This document shows positions 33,561 through 63,308 of a stretch of DNA of 64,000 nt, in pieces. Below the pieces are notes generated by a model. That model saw only the letters and a list, made by a program, of their open reading frames with translations. It made no database searches and was not told the origin of the DNA. Position 1 is the first letter of the stretch. Each line of letters starts with the position of its first letter. Made by a program: the position numbers and the translations under genes. Source of the stretch: the human T2T-CHM13v2.0 reference genome, Homo sapiens. The stretch spans positions 1,184,001 through 1,248,000 of the forward strand of contig CP086569.2 in NCBI GenBank assembly GCA_009914755.4. The letters run 5' to 3'.

Positions 33561-34903
33561 CCATCATGGGTCCCATCATGGGTCATAGGATCCCTCATCA
33601 TGGGTCATGGGACCCCCCATCATGGGTTCCATCATGGGTCCCATCATGGGTCATAGAATCCCCCATCATGGGTTTCATCATGAGTCATAGAACCCCCTAT
33701 CATGGATTCCATCATGGGTCATGGGAACCCCCATCATGGGTCCCATCATTGGTCATAGGACCCCCTATCATGGGTTCCATCATGGGTCATGGGACACCCC
33801 CCATCATGGGTTCCACCATGAGTCATGGGATCCCTCATCGTGGGTTCCATCATGGGTCATGGGACCCCCCATCATGGGTTCCATCATGGGTAATAGGACC
33901 CCCCCATCATGGGTTCCACCATGAGTCATGGGATCCCTCATCATGGGTTCCACCATGAGTCATGGGATCCCCTATCATGGATTCCATCATGGGTCATGGG
34001 ACCCCCTATCATGGATTCCATCATGGGTCATGGGACCCCCCATCATGGGTCCCATCATGAGTCATGGGATCCCTCATCATGGGTTTCATCATGGGTCATA
34101 GGACCCCCATCATGGATTCCATCATGGGTCATGGGAACCTCCATCATGGGTCCCATTATGGGTCATAGAATTCCCCATCATGGGTTCCATCATGAGTCAT
34201 GGGACCCCCCATCATGGGTTCCACATGGGATCCCTCATCATTGGTTCCATCATGGGTCATAGGATCCCCCATCATAGGTCCCATCATGGGTTCCACATGG
34301 GATCCCTCATCATTGGTTCCATCATGGGTCATAGGATCCCCCATCATAGGTCCCATCATGGGTCATGGGACCCCCCCCCCATCATGGGTTCCATCACGGG
34401 TCATGGGACCCCCCCCAATCATGGGTTCCATCATGGGTCATGGGAACCCCCATCATGGGTTTCATCATGGGTCATAGGATCCCCTATCATGGGTTCCATC
34501 ATGGGTCATGGGACCCCCCCCCATCACGGGTTCCATCATGGGTCATGGGAACCCCCATCATGGGTTTCATCATGGGTCATAGGATCCCCTATCATGGATT
34601 CCATCATGAGTCATGGGATCCCTCATCATGGGTTCCATCATGGGTCATGGGACCCCCCCCCCCCCCATCATGGGTCATGGGACCCCCCCCCCCATCATGG
34701 GTCATGGGAGCCCCCATTGTGAGTCATGGAATCCCTCATCATGGGTCTCATCATGGGCCATGGGTCCCACCATGGGTCATGGGAGCCCCCATCATGAGTC
34801 ATGGAATCCCTCATCATGGGTCATGGGTCCCATCATGGGTCATGGGAGCCCCCATCATGGGTCATGGGTCCCATCATGGGTCACGGGAGCCCCCATCATG
34901 GGG
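33561..34903 (+). repeat. ~1.34-kb compound minisatellite of CATCATGGGT(Y)(C) 11-12-bp motifs with variable (C)n spacers, IL3RA intron 6
   Basis: catcatgggtcccatcatgggtcataggatccctcatcatgggtcatgggaccccccatcatgggttccatcatgg... for >1.3 kb; all three + frames and several - frames open. Confidence 0.9.
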
Positions 34904-35130
34904 GTCCACCCTCATAACTTCAGCCCACGCCAGTCACCTCCCAAAGACCCCACCTTCTAACACCGCCCAACCAGGGGTTAGAGCTTCAGTGGAGGAATTT
35001 GGGACAGAAGGACACACACTTTCAGTCCACGATACCCGAGCTCCGAGGAACCTCCCAGGTGGTGAAAATGTCAATATGCCCAGAGCTGACGTGCCCTGAA
35101 CCCACGGGCAGGGTGCTCGGATGCTTCAGA

Positions 35131-36223
35131 AGAGGAGGGGGAAACGAGGAAGAGGAGGAGAAGGACAAGGAGAAGAGAAGGGAGGAGAGGAAGAACATGA
35201 GCAGGGGGAGGAGGAGGAGGAGGAAAAGAAACAGAGGAAAAGGAGGGGGAGGAGGTAGAGATGGAGAGGGAAGGAAGAGGAGGAAGAGAAGAAAACGGAG
35301 AAAGAGGAGGGGGAGGAGGAGGAGGAAGAGAAAATGGAGAAAGAGGAGGGGGGGGAGGTGGAGATGGGGAGGGGAGGAAGAGGAGGAAGAGAAGAAAACA
35401 GGAGGGGGAGGAAGAGAAGAAAATGGAGGGAAAGGAGGGGGAGGAGGTGGAGATGGGGAGAGAAGGAGCAGGAGGAGGAGAAGAAAGAAGAGGAAGAAAG
35501 GAGGAGGAGAGGGTGGAGGAGGAAGAGGGTGAAGGAGAGAGGGAGGAGAATGGAGAGGAGGAGGAGGCGGGGGAGGGAAGAGAAGGAGGTGAGGAGGAGG
35601 AAGGGGAGGATAGAGAAGGTGGGGTAGAAGGGTGGTGAGGTGGGGAGGGAGAAGGAGGGGGAGGAGGAGAGAGGAGGACTGGGGGGAGGAAGGTGGAGGG
35701 GGAGGAGGGGAGAGAGGAGGAGGGAGGAGGGAGAAGGAGGGGAGAGGATGGAGGAAGAGGAGCAGATGGAGGAAGGCGAGCAGGAGGGGGAGGAAAAAGG
35801 AGGAGGGGCAGGAGGAAGAAGGAGCGGGAGGAGAGGAGGAGGAGGAGGAGGAGAATGGGCAGGGAGGAGGAGAGGGAAGAAAAGGAGGGGGAGGAGGAAG
35901 GAGGGGGAGGAGGGTGGAGGGGGAGGAGGGTGGAGGGGGAGGAGGGTGGAGGGGGAGGAGGAAGGAGGGAGAAGGAGGGGAGAGGATGGAGGAAGAGGAG
36001 CAGGAGGGGGAGGAAAAAGGAGGAGGGGCAGGAGGGGAGGAGGAGAAAGGAGAGTGGAGGAGGAGGGTGACAAGGAGAATGGGGAGGAGAGAGGAGTGGT
36101 AGAAAAAGGAGAGAGAGGAAGAGTAGGAGCGGAGGGGGAGGAGGGGAGGGGAGGGGAGGGGAGAAAGACCAGGAGGGTAGGAGGAGGGGGAGGAGGGGGA
36201 GGAGGGGGAGGAGGAGGAGGGGG
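35131..36223 (+). repeat. ~1.1-kb purine (GGAGGA/GGGAGGAG/GAAGAG)n tract, IL3RA intron 6
   Basis: aggaggaggaggaaaagaaacagaggaaaaggaggggga...; the minus strand reads as a 536-aa P/S/L-rich pseudo-ORF. Confidence 0.9.
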
Positions 36224-36958
36224 CCAGGGCTGGACTTCCTTCCAGGGGCCCAGGGGAGACCCAGCCAGGCAGCCGGACACACAGGGCTGGGCTGGTAGTC
36301 GGGTCACACCTGAGGATGTGGAAGTGCCTGGGGTTCCCGGGAAGTGGAGGATGTCCTGGGCCACTGGGAGAGGCGGCACATCCCCTGGGGGGCTGAGGTG
36401 GGGGAGGTGAGAAGCCAGGCAGGGGCCAGGAAGTGGAAGCTTCAGGAGGATGTGTGCAGGTCAAAGTGTAGGAGTCTGCATCTTGAATGATGCAGAGAGG
36501 GCCTCCAAGGCTCCAGTGTGCTGCAGGTGGGCAGAGGGGGCATGGGAAGTAGGGGTTGGCCCTGGGCAGGGGTGGGGAGTGGGCCAGGCTGCCCAGCGGG
36601 GCTGAGCCTAGAGATGGAAGGGGCAGGGACAAAGATGTGCAGCTGCCAGTCCTTGGAAAAGCTGAACGCCTGGTACTTCAGAGAACAAAAGGGTGGTTCT
36701 GAAGGCTGCTCCCAGGACAGTGGGGCTCCGAGGGTGCAACCCCAAGGCTCACTCCTCCCAGTGCCCCCAACGCGGCTCAGTCCTGTGTCTCTGCCTGTAG
36801 AGTTTCTTTGTTCCCTCTTCCTTCCTGGTGTTTTTCTCTCCCGCTCTCCAAATGCATAGGAGAAGTAATTTGAAGTATCTCCAGAAAAAAAAAGAGAAAA
36901 AGAAAAAGAATTGATTTCTTGTACTCCTAAATCCTAAAAGTGTTTTTCTCGTTGCTAG

Positions 36959-37074
36959 AGATATTAACTCCACCCAACATGACTGCAAAGTGTAATAAGA
37001 CACATTCCTTTATGCACTGGAAAATGAGAAGTCATTTCAATCGCAAATTTCGCTATGAGCTTCAGATACAAAAG
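36959..37074 (+). CDS. IL3RA: IL3RA exon 7 (116 nt): (E)ILTPPNMTAKCNKTHSFMHWKMRSHFNRKFRYELQIQK
   Basis: Acceptor GTTGCTAG|AGATAT; donor CAAAAG|GTAAAC. Confidence 0.9.
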
Positions 37075-37319
37075 GTAAACTTTCACCCCGCCCCCAGCCC
37101 CCCCACCCCCGTGGACATCCCTTATTTTTGGTAAGTCGCACTCTGGGGCCTTGAAACGGGCAACAATCTCCTCTGATAACGTCACAGAAGGCATGGATCA
37201 TTAAAAAACAAAAACAAAAACAAAAGGCCGGGCGCTGTGGCTCACGCCTGTCATCCCAGCACTTTGGGAGGCTGAGGCGGGTGGATCACAAGGTCAGGAG
37301 ATCGAGACCATCCTGGCTA

Positions 37320-37626
<307 letters not shown>

Positions 37627-37754
37627 CTACAGATTCAATGCAAGCTTCCCAGATATTTTTGATCCACAGTTCGTTGGATCAGTTGAACATAAATATTGAT
37701 TTATTTATTGAGCCACTCTGGCTCTGTAGCCCAGGCTGGAGTGCAGTGACTTAA

Positions 37755-38004
<250 letters not shown>

Positions 38005-38652
38005 TAGTTTGTATTTTATTTTATTGTATTTTATTATTTATTTATTTATTTTTGAGACGGAGTCCTGCTCTGTCACCCAAGCTGTTTGTTTGTTTGTTTG
38101 TTTGTTTATTATTTTTGAGACGGAGTCCTGCTCTGTTGCCCAGGCTGGGGTGCAGTGGCATGATCTCAGCTCACTGTAACCTCCGCCTCTCGGGTTCAAC
38201 CAATTCTCAGCTTCAGCCTCCTGAGTAGCTGGAATTACAGGCACCTGCCACCATGCCTGGCTAATTTTTTTTTGTATTTTTAGTAGAGATGGGGTTTCAC
38301 CATCTTGTCCCGGCTGGTCTTGAACTCCTGACCTCATGATCCACCCGCCTCAGCTTCCCAAAGTGCTGGGATTACAGGCGTGAGGCACTGTGCCCCGCCA
38401 TATATTTATTATTTATACTCAAATACTAATTATTTCATATGCAATTTTTCTGTAAGTCTAAATCTGCTAAAAAACGTTAGGTCTATTAATTTCTTTTATA
38501 TTACCAAGTGTTTTTTAGCCAATCTGTTTGGGTTTTTTTTTTTTTTAAGAAAATAAATGGCTGGGTGCAGTAGCTTACGCCTGTAATCCCAGCACTTTGG
38601 GAGGCCGAGGCAGGACGATCACGAGGTCAGGAGATAGAGACCATCCTGGCTA

Positions 38653-38940
<288 letters not shown>

Positions 38941-39194
38941 CTAGTCTGATGTTGCACCCCCTACCTAGTTCGCTGGCCTGGCATAGGCTGTCTGTGGCTA
39001 CCCCTGAGTGCATCTGGACACAGTCTGGGAGGACGGTGGGTCTTGTTTGTCCACCGGCCTCACAAAGCCCCCTCCCACCAAGGTCTTGCCACAGTGGCCC
39101 ATAAGAAACCTTTTGGGCCAGGCGCGATGGGGCATGCCTGTAATCCCAGCACTTTGGGAGGCCGAGGTGGGCAGATCATGAGGTCAAGAGATCA

Positions 39195-39425
<231 letters not shown>

Positions 39426-39598
39426 TCAGGTGCTATTTACTCCTAAGCTCATTATTTTGCCCCCACTGCTGCCCGAAGGCCTTCCCAGAGCCCTCACTGT
39501 TTTGCTGGTTTTCCTGGAGGGAGAAATTTGAGTTTGGGAGGAGGAGGCTTTCAGGGACGGTCCAGACACTCAAAAGTTTGCTTGCTTTTGTGTTGCAG

Positions 39599-39625
39599 AG
39601 AATGCAGCCTGTAATCACAGAACAG
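39599..39625 (+). CDS. IL3RA: IL3RA exon 8, 27-nt microexon: RMQPVITEQ
   Basis: Acceptor TGTTGCAG|AGAATG; donor ACAG|GTGAGT; 9 codons, phase 0-0. Confidence 0.88.
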
Positions 39626-39857
39626 GTGAGTGTTCCCTACCCCCAGCCGCTGTACTTGACATTGCAAAGGGTGAGTTTTATTATTATTAAGAATAAAATG
39701 ATAAAAAATATTAATAATTCTTATTAATAAAATAATGAAAATATTATTAATAATAAATGTTATTATTCAATGTTCAGTGACTTTCATTGGACAGACTCTT
39801 GAGTGTCACCCTTACTGCGATCTTGCAAAATTGGGATATTTCACATCCCCAAATTGA

Positions 39858-41493
<1,636 letters not shown>

Positions 41494-41509
41494 TAGCTCT
41501 CTCCCTGTC

Positions 41510-41960
41510 TCTCTCTCCCTTCCCCTCTCTGTCTCTCTCTCCCTTCCCCTCTCTGTCTCTCTCTCCCTTCCCCTCTCTGTCTCTCTCTCCCTTCCCCTCT
41601 CTGTCTCTCTCTCCCTTCCCCTCTCTGTCTCTCTCTCCCTTCCCCTCTGTCTCTCTCTCCCTTCCCCTCCCTGTCTCTCTCTCCCTTCCCCTCTCTGTCT
41701 CTCTCTCCCTTCCCCTCTCTGTCTCTCTCTCCCTTCCCCTCTCTGTCTCTCTCTCCCTTCCCCTCTCTGTCTCTCTCTCCCTTCCCCTCTCTGTCTCTCT
41801 CTCCCTTCCCCTCTGTCTCTCTCTCCCTTCCCCTCTCTGTCTCTCTCTCCCTTCCCCTCTCTGTCTCTCTCTCCCTTCCCCTCTCTGTCTCTCTCTCCCT
41901 TCCCCTCTCTGTCTCTCTCTCCCTTTCCTTCTCTGTCTCTCTCTCCCTTCCCCTCTCTCT
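41510..41960 (+). repeat. 24-bp tandem repeat (~19 copies) CCCTTCCCCTCTCTGTCTCTCTCT, IL3RA intron 8
   Basis: Near-perfect copies; 24-nt period explains the 8-aa periodic pseudo-ORFs (RERQRGEG...) on the minus strand. Confidence 0.9.
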
Positions 41961-42054
41961 CTCTCCATTCCCCTGTCTCTATGTCTCTCCCTTTCTCTCT
42001 CCCATTATTTCTCTGTGATTGTCTCTTTCTTTCTCTGCCTCTGTCTGTCTGTCC

Positions 42055-44470
<2,416 letters not shown>

Positions 44471-44763
44471 GTCTTTTCTTCTACTTTTTTGTTTGGTTTT
44501 TAATTTCAGACAGGCTCTCACTCTGTCACCCACGCTAGAGTGCAGTGGCACAGTCACGGCTCACTGCAATCTCTGCCTCCTGGGCTCAAGGGATCCTCCT
44601 GCCTCAGCCCCCCAAGTAGCTGAAACTACAGGCGTTTGCCACCAGGTCAGCTCATTTAAAAAAAAATTTGGCTGGGCGCGGTGGCTCACGCTGGTAATCC
44701 CAGCCCTTTGGGAGGCCGAGGCGGGTGGATCATGAGGTCAGGAAATCAAGACCATCCTGGCTA

Positions 44764-45322
<559 letters not shown>

Positions 45323-45370
45323 TCAAACTCCTAAGCTCGAGGTATCCCCCCACCTCAGCCTCCCTGGTAG

Positions 45371-45889
<519 letters not shown>

Positions 45890-45918
45890 CCTCTTCTTTA
45901 TTTTCTTTCAAACCACAG

Positions 45919-46033
45919 GTCAGAGACAGAACCTCCTTCCAGCTACTCAATCCTGGAACGTACACAGTACAAATAAGAGCCCGGGAAAGAGTGTATGAAT
46001 TCTTGAGCGCCTGGAGCACCCCCCAGCGCTTCG
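45919..46033 (+). CDS. IL3RA: IL3RA exon 9 (115 nt): [38 protein letters not shown](E)
   Basis: Acceptor AACCACAG|GTCAGA; donor TTCG|GTGAGT; carries the cytokine-receptor SAWS(TP) motif (WSXWS-like). Confidence 0.9.
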
Positions 46034-46039
46034 GTGAGT

Positions 46040-48682
46040 GGGCTGTGCGGGGTGCGCGGGGTGAGCGGGGTGAGCGGGGTGCGCGGGGTGAGCGGGGTGC
46101 GCGGGGTGAGCGGGGTGCGCGGGGTGAGCGGGGTGAGCGGGGTGAGCCGGGTGCGCGGGGTGAGCCGGCTGCGCGGGGTGAGCGGGGTGAGCGGGGTGAG
46201 CGGGGTGAGCGGGGTGCGCGGGGTGAGCGGGGTGAGCGGGGTGCGCGGGGTGAGCGGGGTGAGCCGGGTGCGCGGGGTGAGCCGGGTGAGCGGGGTGCGC
46301 GGGGTGAGCGGGGTGAGCGGGGTGCGCGGGGTGAGCCGGGTGCGCGGGGTGAGCGGGGTGAGCCGGGTGCGCGGGGTGAGCGGGGTGAGCGGGGTGAGCC
46401 GGGTGAGCCGGGTGAGCCGGGTGCGCGGGGTGAGCCGGGTGCGCGGGGTGAGCGGGGTGCGCGGGGTGAGCGGGGTGCGCGGGGTGAGCCGGGTGCGCGG
46501 GGTGAGCGGGGTGCGCGGGGTGAGCGGGGTGCGCGGGGTGAGCCGGGTGCGCGGGGTGAGCGGGGTGAGCGGGGTGAGCCGGGTGCCCCGGGTGAGCGGG
46601 GTGCGCGGGGTGAGCCGGGTGCGCGGGGTGAGCGGGGTGAGCGGGGTGCGCGGGGTGAGCCGGGTGCGCGGGGTGAGCCGGGTGCGCGGGGTGAGCCGGG
46701 TGAGCGGGGTGAGCGGGGTGCGCGGTGCGCGGGGTGAGCGGGGTGCGCGGGGTGAGCCGGGTGCGCGGGGTGAGCGGGGTGAGCCGGGTGCCCCGGGTGA
46801 GCGGGGTGCGCGGGGTGAGCCGGGTGCGCGGGGTGAGCGGGGTGCGCGGGGTGAGCGGGGTGCGCGGGGTGCGCGGCGTGAGCCGGGTGCGCGGGGTGCG
46901 CGGGGTGAGCGGGGTGCGCGGGGTGCGCGGGGTGCGCGGGGTGAGCGGGGTGCGCGGGGTGCGCGGCGTGAGCCGGGTGCGCGGGGTGAGCGGGGTGCGC
47001 GGGGTGAGCGGGGTGCGCGGGGTGAGCCGGGTGCGCGGGGTGAGCCGGGTGAGCCGGGTGCGCGGGGTGAGCGGGGTGCGCGGGGTGAGCCGGGTGAGCC
47101 GGGTGCGCGGGGTGAGCCGGGTGCGCGGGGTGAGCGGGGTGCGCGGGGTGAGCCGGGTGCGCGGGGTGAGCGGGGTGCGCGGGGTGAGCGGGGTGCGCGG
47201 GGTGAGCGGGGTGCGCGGGGTGAGCCGGGTGCGCGGGGTGAGCGGGGTGAGCGGGGTGAGCCGGGTGCCCCGGGTGAGCGGGGTGCGCGGGGTGAGCCCG
47301 GTGAGCCGGGTGCGCGGGGTGAGCGGGGTGCGCGGGGTGAGCCGGGTGCGCAGGGTGAGCCGGGTGCGCGGGGTGAGCCGGGTGAGCGGGGTGAGCGGGG
47401 TGCGCGGTGCGCGGGGTGAGCGGGGTGCGCGGGGTGAGCCGGGTGCGCGGGGTGAGCGGGGTGAGCCGGGTGCCCCGGGTGAGCGGGGTGCGCGGGGTGA
47501 GCCGGGTGCGCGGGGTGAGCGGGGTGCGCGGAGTGAGCGGGGTGCGCGGGGTGCGCGGCGTGAGCCGGGTGCGCGGGGTGCGCGGGGTGAGCGGGGTGCG
47601 CGGGGTGCGCGGGGTGCGCGGGGTGAGCGGGGTGCGCGGGGTGCGCGGCGTGAGCCGGGTGCGCGGGGTGAGCGGGGTGCGCGGGGTGAGCGGGGTGCGC
47701 GGGGTGAGCCGGGTGCGCGGGGTGAGCGGGGTGCGCGGGGTGAGCCGGGTGCGCGGGGTGAGCGGGGTGCGCCGGGTGAGCGGGGTGAGCCGGGTGCGCG
47801 GGGTGCGCGGGGTGCGCGGGGTGCGCCGGGTGCGCGGGGTGAGCCGGGTGCGCGGGGTGAGCGGGGTGCGCGGGGTGCGCGGGGTGAGCCGGGTGCGCGG
47901 GGTGAGCGGGGTGAGCCGGGTGCGCGGGGTGAGCGGGGTGAGCCGGGTGCGCGGGGTGAGCGGGGTGCGCGGGGTGAGCCGGGTGCGCGGGGTGAGCGGG
48001 GTGCGCGGGGTGAGCCGGGTGCGCGGGGTGAGCGGGGTGCGCCGGGTGAGCGGGGTGAGCGGGGTGAGCCGGGTGCGCGGGGTGCGCGGGGTGCGCCGGG
48101 TGCGCGGGGTGAGCCGGGTGCGCGGGGTGAGCGGGGTGCGCGGGGTGCGCGGGGTGCGCGGGGTGAGCCGGGTGCGCGGGGTGAGCGGGGTGAGCCGGGT
48201 GAGCGGGGTGCGCGGGGTGAGCCGGGTGCGCGGGGTGAGCGGGGTGCGCGGGGTGAGCCGGGTGCGCGGGGTGCGCGGGGTGAGCCGGGTGCGCGGGGTG
48301 AGCGGGGTGCGCGGGGTGAGCGGGGTGCGCGGGGTGAGCCGGGTGCGCGGGGTGAGCCGGGTGCGCGGGGTGCGCGGGGTGCGCGGCGTGAGCCGGGTGC
48401 GCGGGGTGCGCCGGGTGCGCGGGGTGAGCGGGGTGAGCCGGGTGCGCGGGGTGAGCGGGGTGCGCGGGGTGAGCGGGGTGCGCCGGGTGAGCCGGGTGCG
48501 CGGGGTGAGCCGGGTGCGCGGGGTGAGCGGGGTGCGCGGGGTGAGCCGGGTGCGCGGGGTGAGCGGGGTGCGCCGGGTGAGCGGGGTGCGCGGGGTGAGC
48601 GGGGTGCGCCGGGTGAGCGGGGTGCGCGGGCTGAGCGGGGTGCGCCGGGTGAGCGGGGTGCGCGGGGTGAGCGGGGTGCGCC
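46040..48682 (+). repeat. 2.65-kb GC-rich minisatellite, ~290 copies of the 9-bp unit CGGGGTGMG (GGTGAGCGG / GGTGCGCGG / GGTGAGCCG variants), starting at the exon 9 donor
   Basis: gcggggtgagcggggtgcgcggggtgagcgggg... continuous; 9-nt period keeps all six frames open, giving 460-960-aa pseudo-ORFs. Confidence 0.95.
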
Positions 48683-48917
48683 ATCCTGGGTCACGGAAAC
48701 ACTCCTCTCCTGCAAAGGAGAGGAGATTCACTCCCCCAGTTTCTGTGACCCCAAAAAGGACCCTGAACCCGACGGTGAACTCACAGCTTGCTCTTACTCA
48801 CGAGAGGAGACGTGGAGGGGAAACAAGGTCGTCCCACTGACAGACACCCCCTGGGCCTTGTAATAAAGACCGAGGCGGGCGGATCACAAGGTCAGGAGAT
48901 CGAGACCATCCCGGCTA

Positions 48918-49208
<291 letters not shown>

Positions 49209-49499
49209 TCACCTGAGGTCAGGAGTTCGAGACCAGCCTGACCAACATGGAAAAACCCTGTCTCTACTAAAAATAGAAAAATTAGGTCAGGTGCTGTGGC
49301 TTAAGCCTGTAACCTCAGCTACCAGGGAGGCTGAGGCAGGAGAATCGCTTGAATTGTGTTCCCTCAAAATTCGTGTGTTGAAGCTTTGATCCCCCAGGAC
49401 CTCAGAATGTGACTGTGTTTGGAGTTGGGGTGTTTAAAGAGGCGATTAAGGTAAAATGAGGTCATTAGGGTGGGCCCTAATCTAACAGGACTGGGGTCC

Positions 49500-57290
<7,791 letters not shown>

Positions 57291-57662
57291 CTCGTTCCAA
57301 ATAAGGTTATCATCATAGGTTCTGGGGGTGAGGTCATAGATGTATGTTTTTTTTTTTTTTTGGAGAGAGAGTCTCTCTCTATTGCCCAGGCTGGAGGGCA
57401 GTGGCGGCATCACGGCTCACTGTAGCCTCGACCTCCTGGGCTCAAGCGATCCTCTCGGGAGGCTAAGAGAGGAGAATCGTTTGAATCCGGGAGGCAGAGG
57501 TTGCAGTGAGCTGAGATAGCACCACAGCACTGCAGAGCGAGACTCTGTCTCAAAAAAAAAAAAAGAAAAAAGAAAAAAAATAGGCCGGGTGCGTGGCTGA
57601 CGCCTGTAATCCCAGCACTTTGGGAGGCCGAGGCGGGTGGATCACTTGAGGTCAGGAGTTCA

Positions 57663-58778
<1,116 letters not shown>

Positions 58779-58803
58779 TAAAGTGCTGGGATTACAGGCG
58801 TAA

Positions 58804-59202
<399 letters not shown>

Positions 59203-59296
59203 TAGAGCCAAAGCTGAGGGCTCTGGTGGGACCAAGGGTGTCCCCAGGGTGGAGGAAGCAGGGCCGGTCCTCCCCTGCCCTGCCCAGCGGGCCTGA

Positions 59297-60006
<710 letters not shown>

Positions 60007-60089
60007 GCCCTGTTTCCTTCCTGCTGGGCATCAGAGCTTCACAATCTGTCAAATGGGTGCCATGGTGACTTCTGTCTCCCGGGGGAAGG

Positions 60090-60410
60090 GGGAAAAGGGG
60101 AGGGGGAGGGGGAAGGGGAAGAGGGGGGAGGAGAGGAAATGGGGGAGGAGGGGGGAAGGGAGGAGGGGGAAGGGAGGGGGGAAAGGAGGGGGAAGGGAGG
60201 AGGGGGAAGGGAAGAGGGGGAGGAGGGGGAAGGGGAGGAGGAGGAGGGGGAGGAGAGGTGAGGGGGAGGGTGGGGGAGGGGGAAGGGGGAGGAGGAGAGG
60301 GGAGGATGAGGAGTGGGGAGGGGGAAGGAGGGAGAGGGGGAGGGGGAGAGGGAGGGTAGGGGGGAAGGGGTGGAGGGGGGAGGAAAAGGGGGAGGAAGAG
60401 GGGGACGAGG
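60090..60410 (+). repeat. ~320-bp G-rich (GGGGAG/GGAGGA)n tract, IL3RA intron 10
   Basis: gggggaagggggaaaaggggagggggagggggaaggggaagagggggg... Confidence 0.9.
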
Positions 60411-60718
60411 CCCTTCCTGCAAGCTGTCTCAGGTCGTAAACTCAGTGACCTGAGGCACCAGGGGTCTGTCTTTGCAGCTGCACCCCTGGGTGGCTCCGGT
60501 ACCAGCGCCCTACTCCTTTAATTAGACACCAGCGCCTGCCTATGATGATGGTCGGGGGCGTGTCAGGGCCTCGGGGGCCGGGAAAATAGAGACCCCTCGA
60601 GTAGATGACTTGAGTCTTTTGCTCTGTCCTGGCACTGCCTGTCCTGGACACGCTGTGTCCCAGATGATGAGCTGGTCGGTGTTGGGTTCAGAGCTGGGCC
60701 ATTTCTCTTTCCTCCGAG

Positions 60719-60800
60719 GTATCTGGTGATGCAGAGACTCTTTCCCCGCATCCCTCACATGAAAGACCCCATCGGTGACAGCTTCCAAAACGACAAGCTG
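60719..60800 (+). CDS. IL3RA: IL3RA exon 11 (82 nt): (R)YLVMQRLFPRIPHMKDPIGDSFQNDKL, Box1-like proline motif
   Basis: Acceptor CCTCCGAG|GTATCT; donor AAGCTG|GTATGT. Confidence 0.9.
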
Positions 60801-60933
60801 GTATGTTGTTTCTTCTGCCTTGGGACGGGTCTGGAGGCGTGGTGGCCACTTTGGGAGGCCCAGGCGGGCGGACCACTTGAGGCCAGGAACTGGAGACCAG
60901 CCTGGCCAACATGGAGAAACTCCGTGTCTACTA

Positions 60934-61940
<1,007 letters not shown>

Positions 61941-62164
61941 CAAAGTGCTGGGATGACAGGCGTGAGCCACCGCGCCTGGTCCAAAGTGCCGGGATGACAG
62001 GCGTGAGCCACCGCGCCTGGTCCAAAGTGCCGGGATGACAGGCGTGAGCCACCATGCCTGGCCCACAGAGCAGATCTGAGATGGGACAGGCCCCCGCAGA
62101 TCAGGACGTGGGCTCTGTTATCTGGGGGGTGGCCGACTCACCCTGCCTCCTCTCGTCTCTGCAG

Positions 62165-62239
62165 GTGGTCTGGGAGGCGGGCAAAGCCGGCCTGGAGGAG
62201 TGTCTGGTGACTGAAGTACAGGTCGTGCAGAAAACTTGA
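62165..62239 (+). CDS. IL3RA: IL3RA exon 12 coding part: VVWEAGKAGLEECLVTEVQVVQKT, stop TGA 62237-62239
   Basis: Acceptor TCGTCTCTGCAG|GTGGTC; terminal TGA; spliced CDS totals 1137 nt = 378 aa + stop. Confidence 0.9.
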   Translation: MVWEAGKAGLEECLVTEVQVVQKT

Positions 62240-62918
<679 letters not shown>

Positions 62919-63025
62919 TGAGACTACAGGCACATGCCACCACGCCCGGCTAGCTTTGTGTTTTTAGTAGAGACGGGGTTTCACCATGTTGGCCAGGCTG
63001 GTCTGGAACTCTTGACCTCATGTGA

Positions 63026-63308
<283 letters not shown>

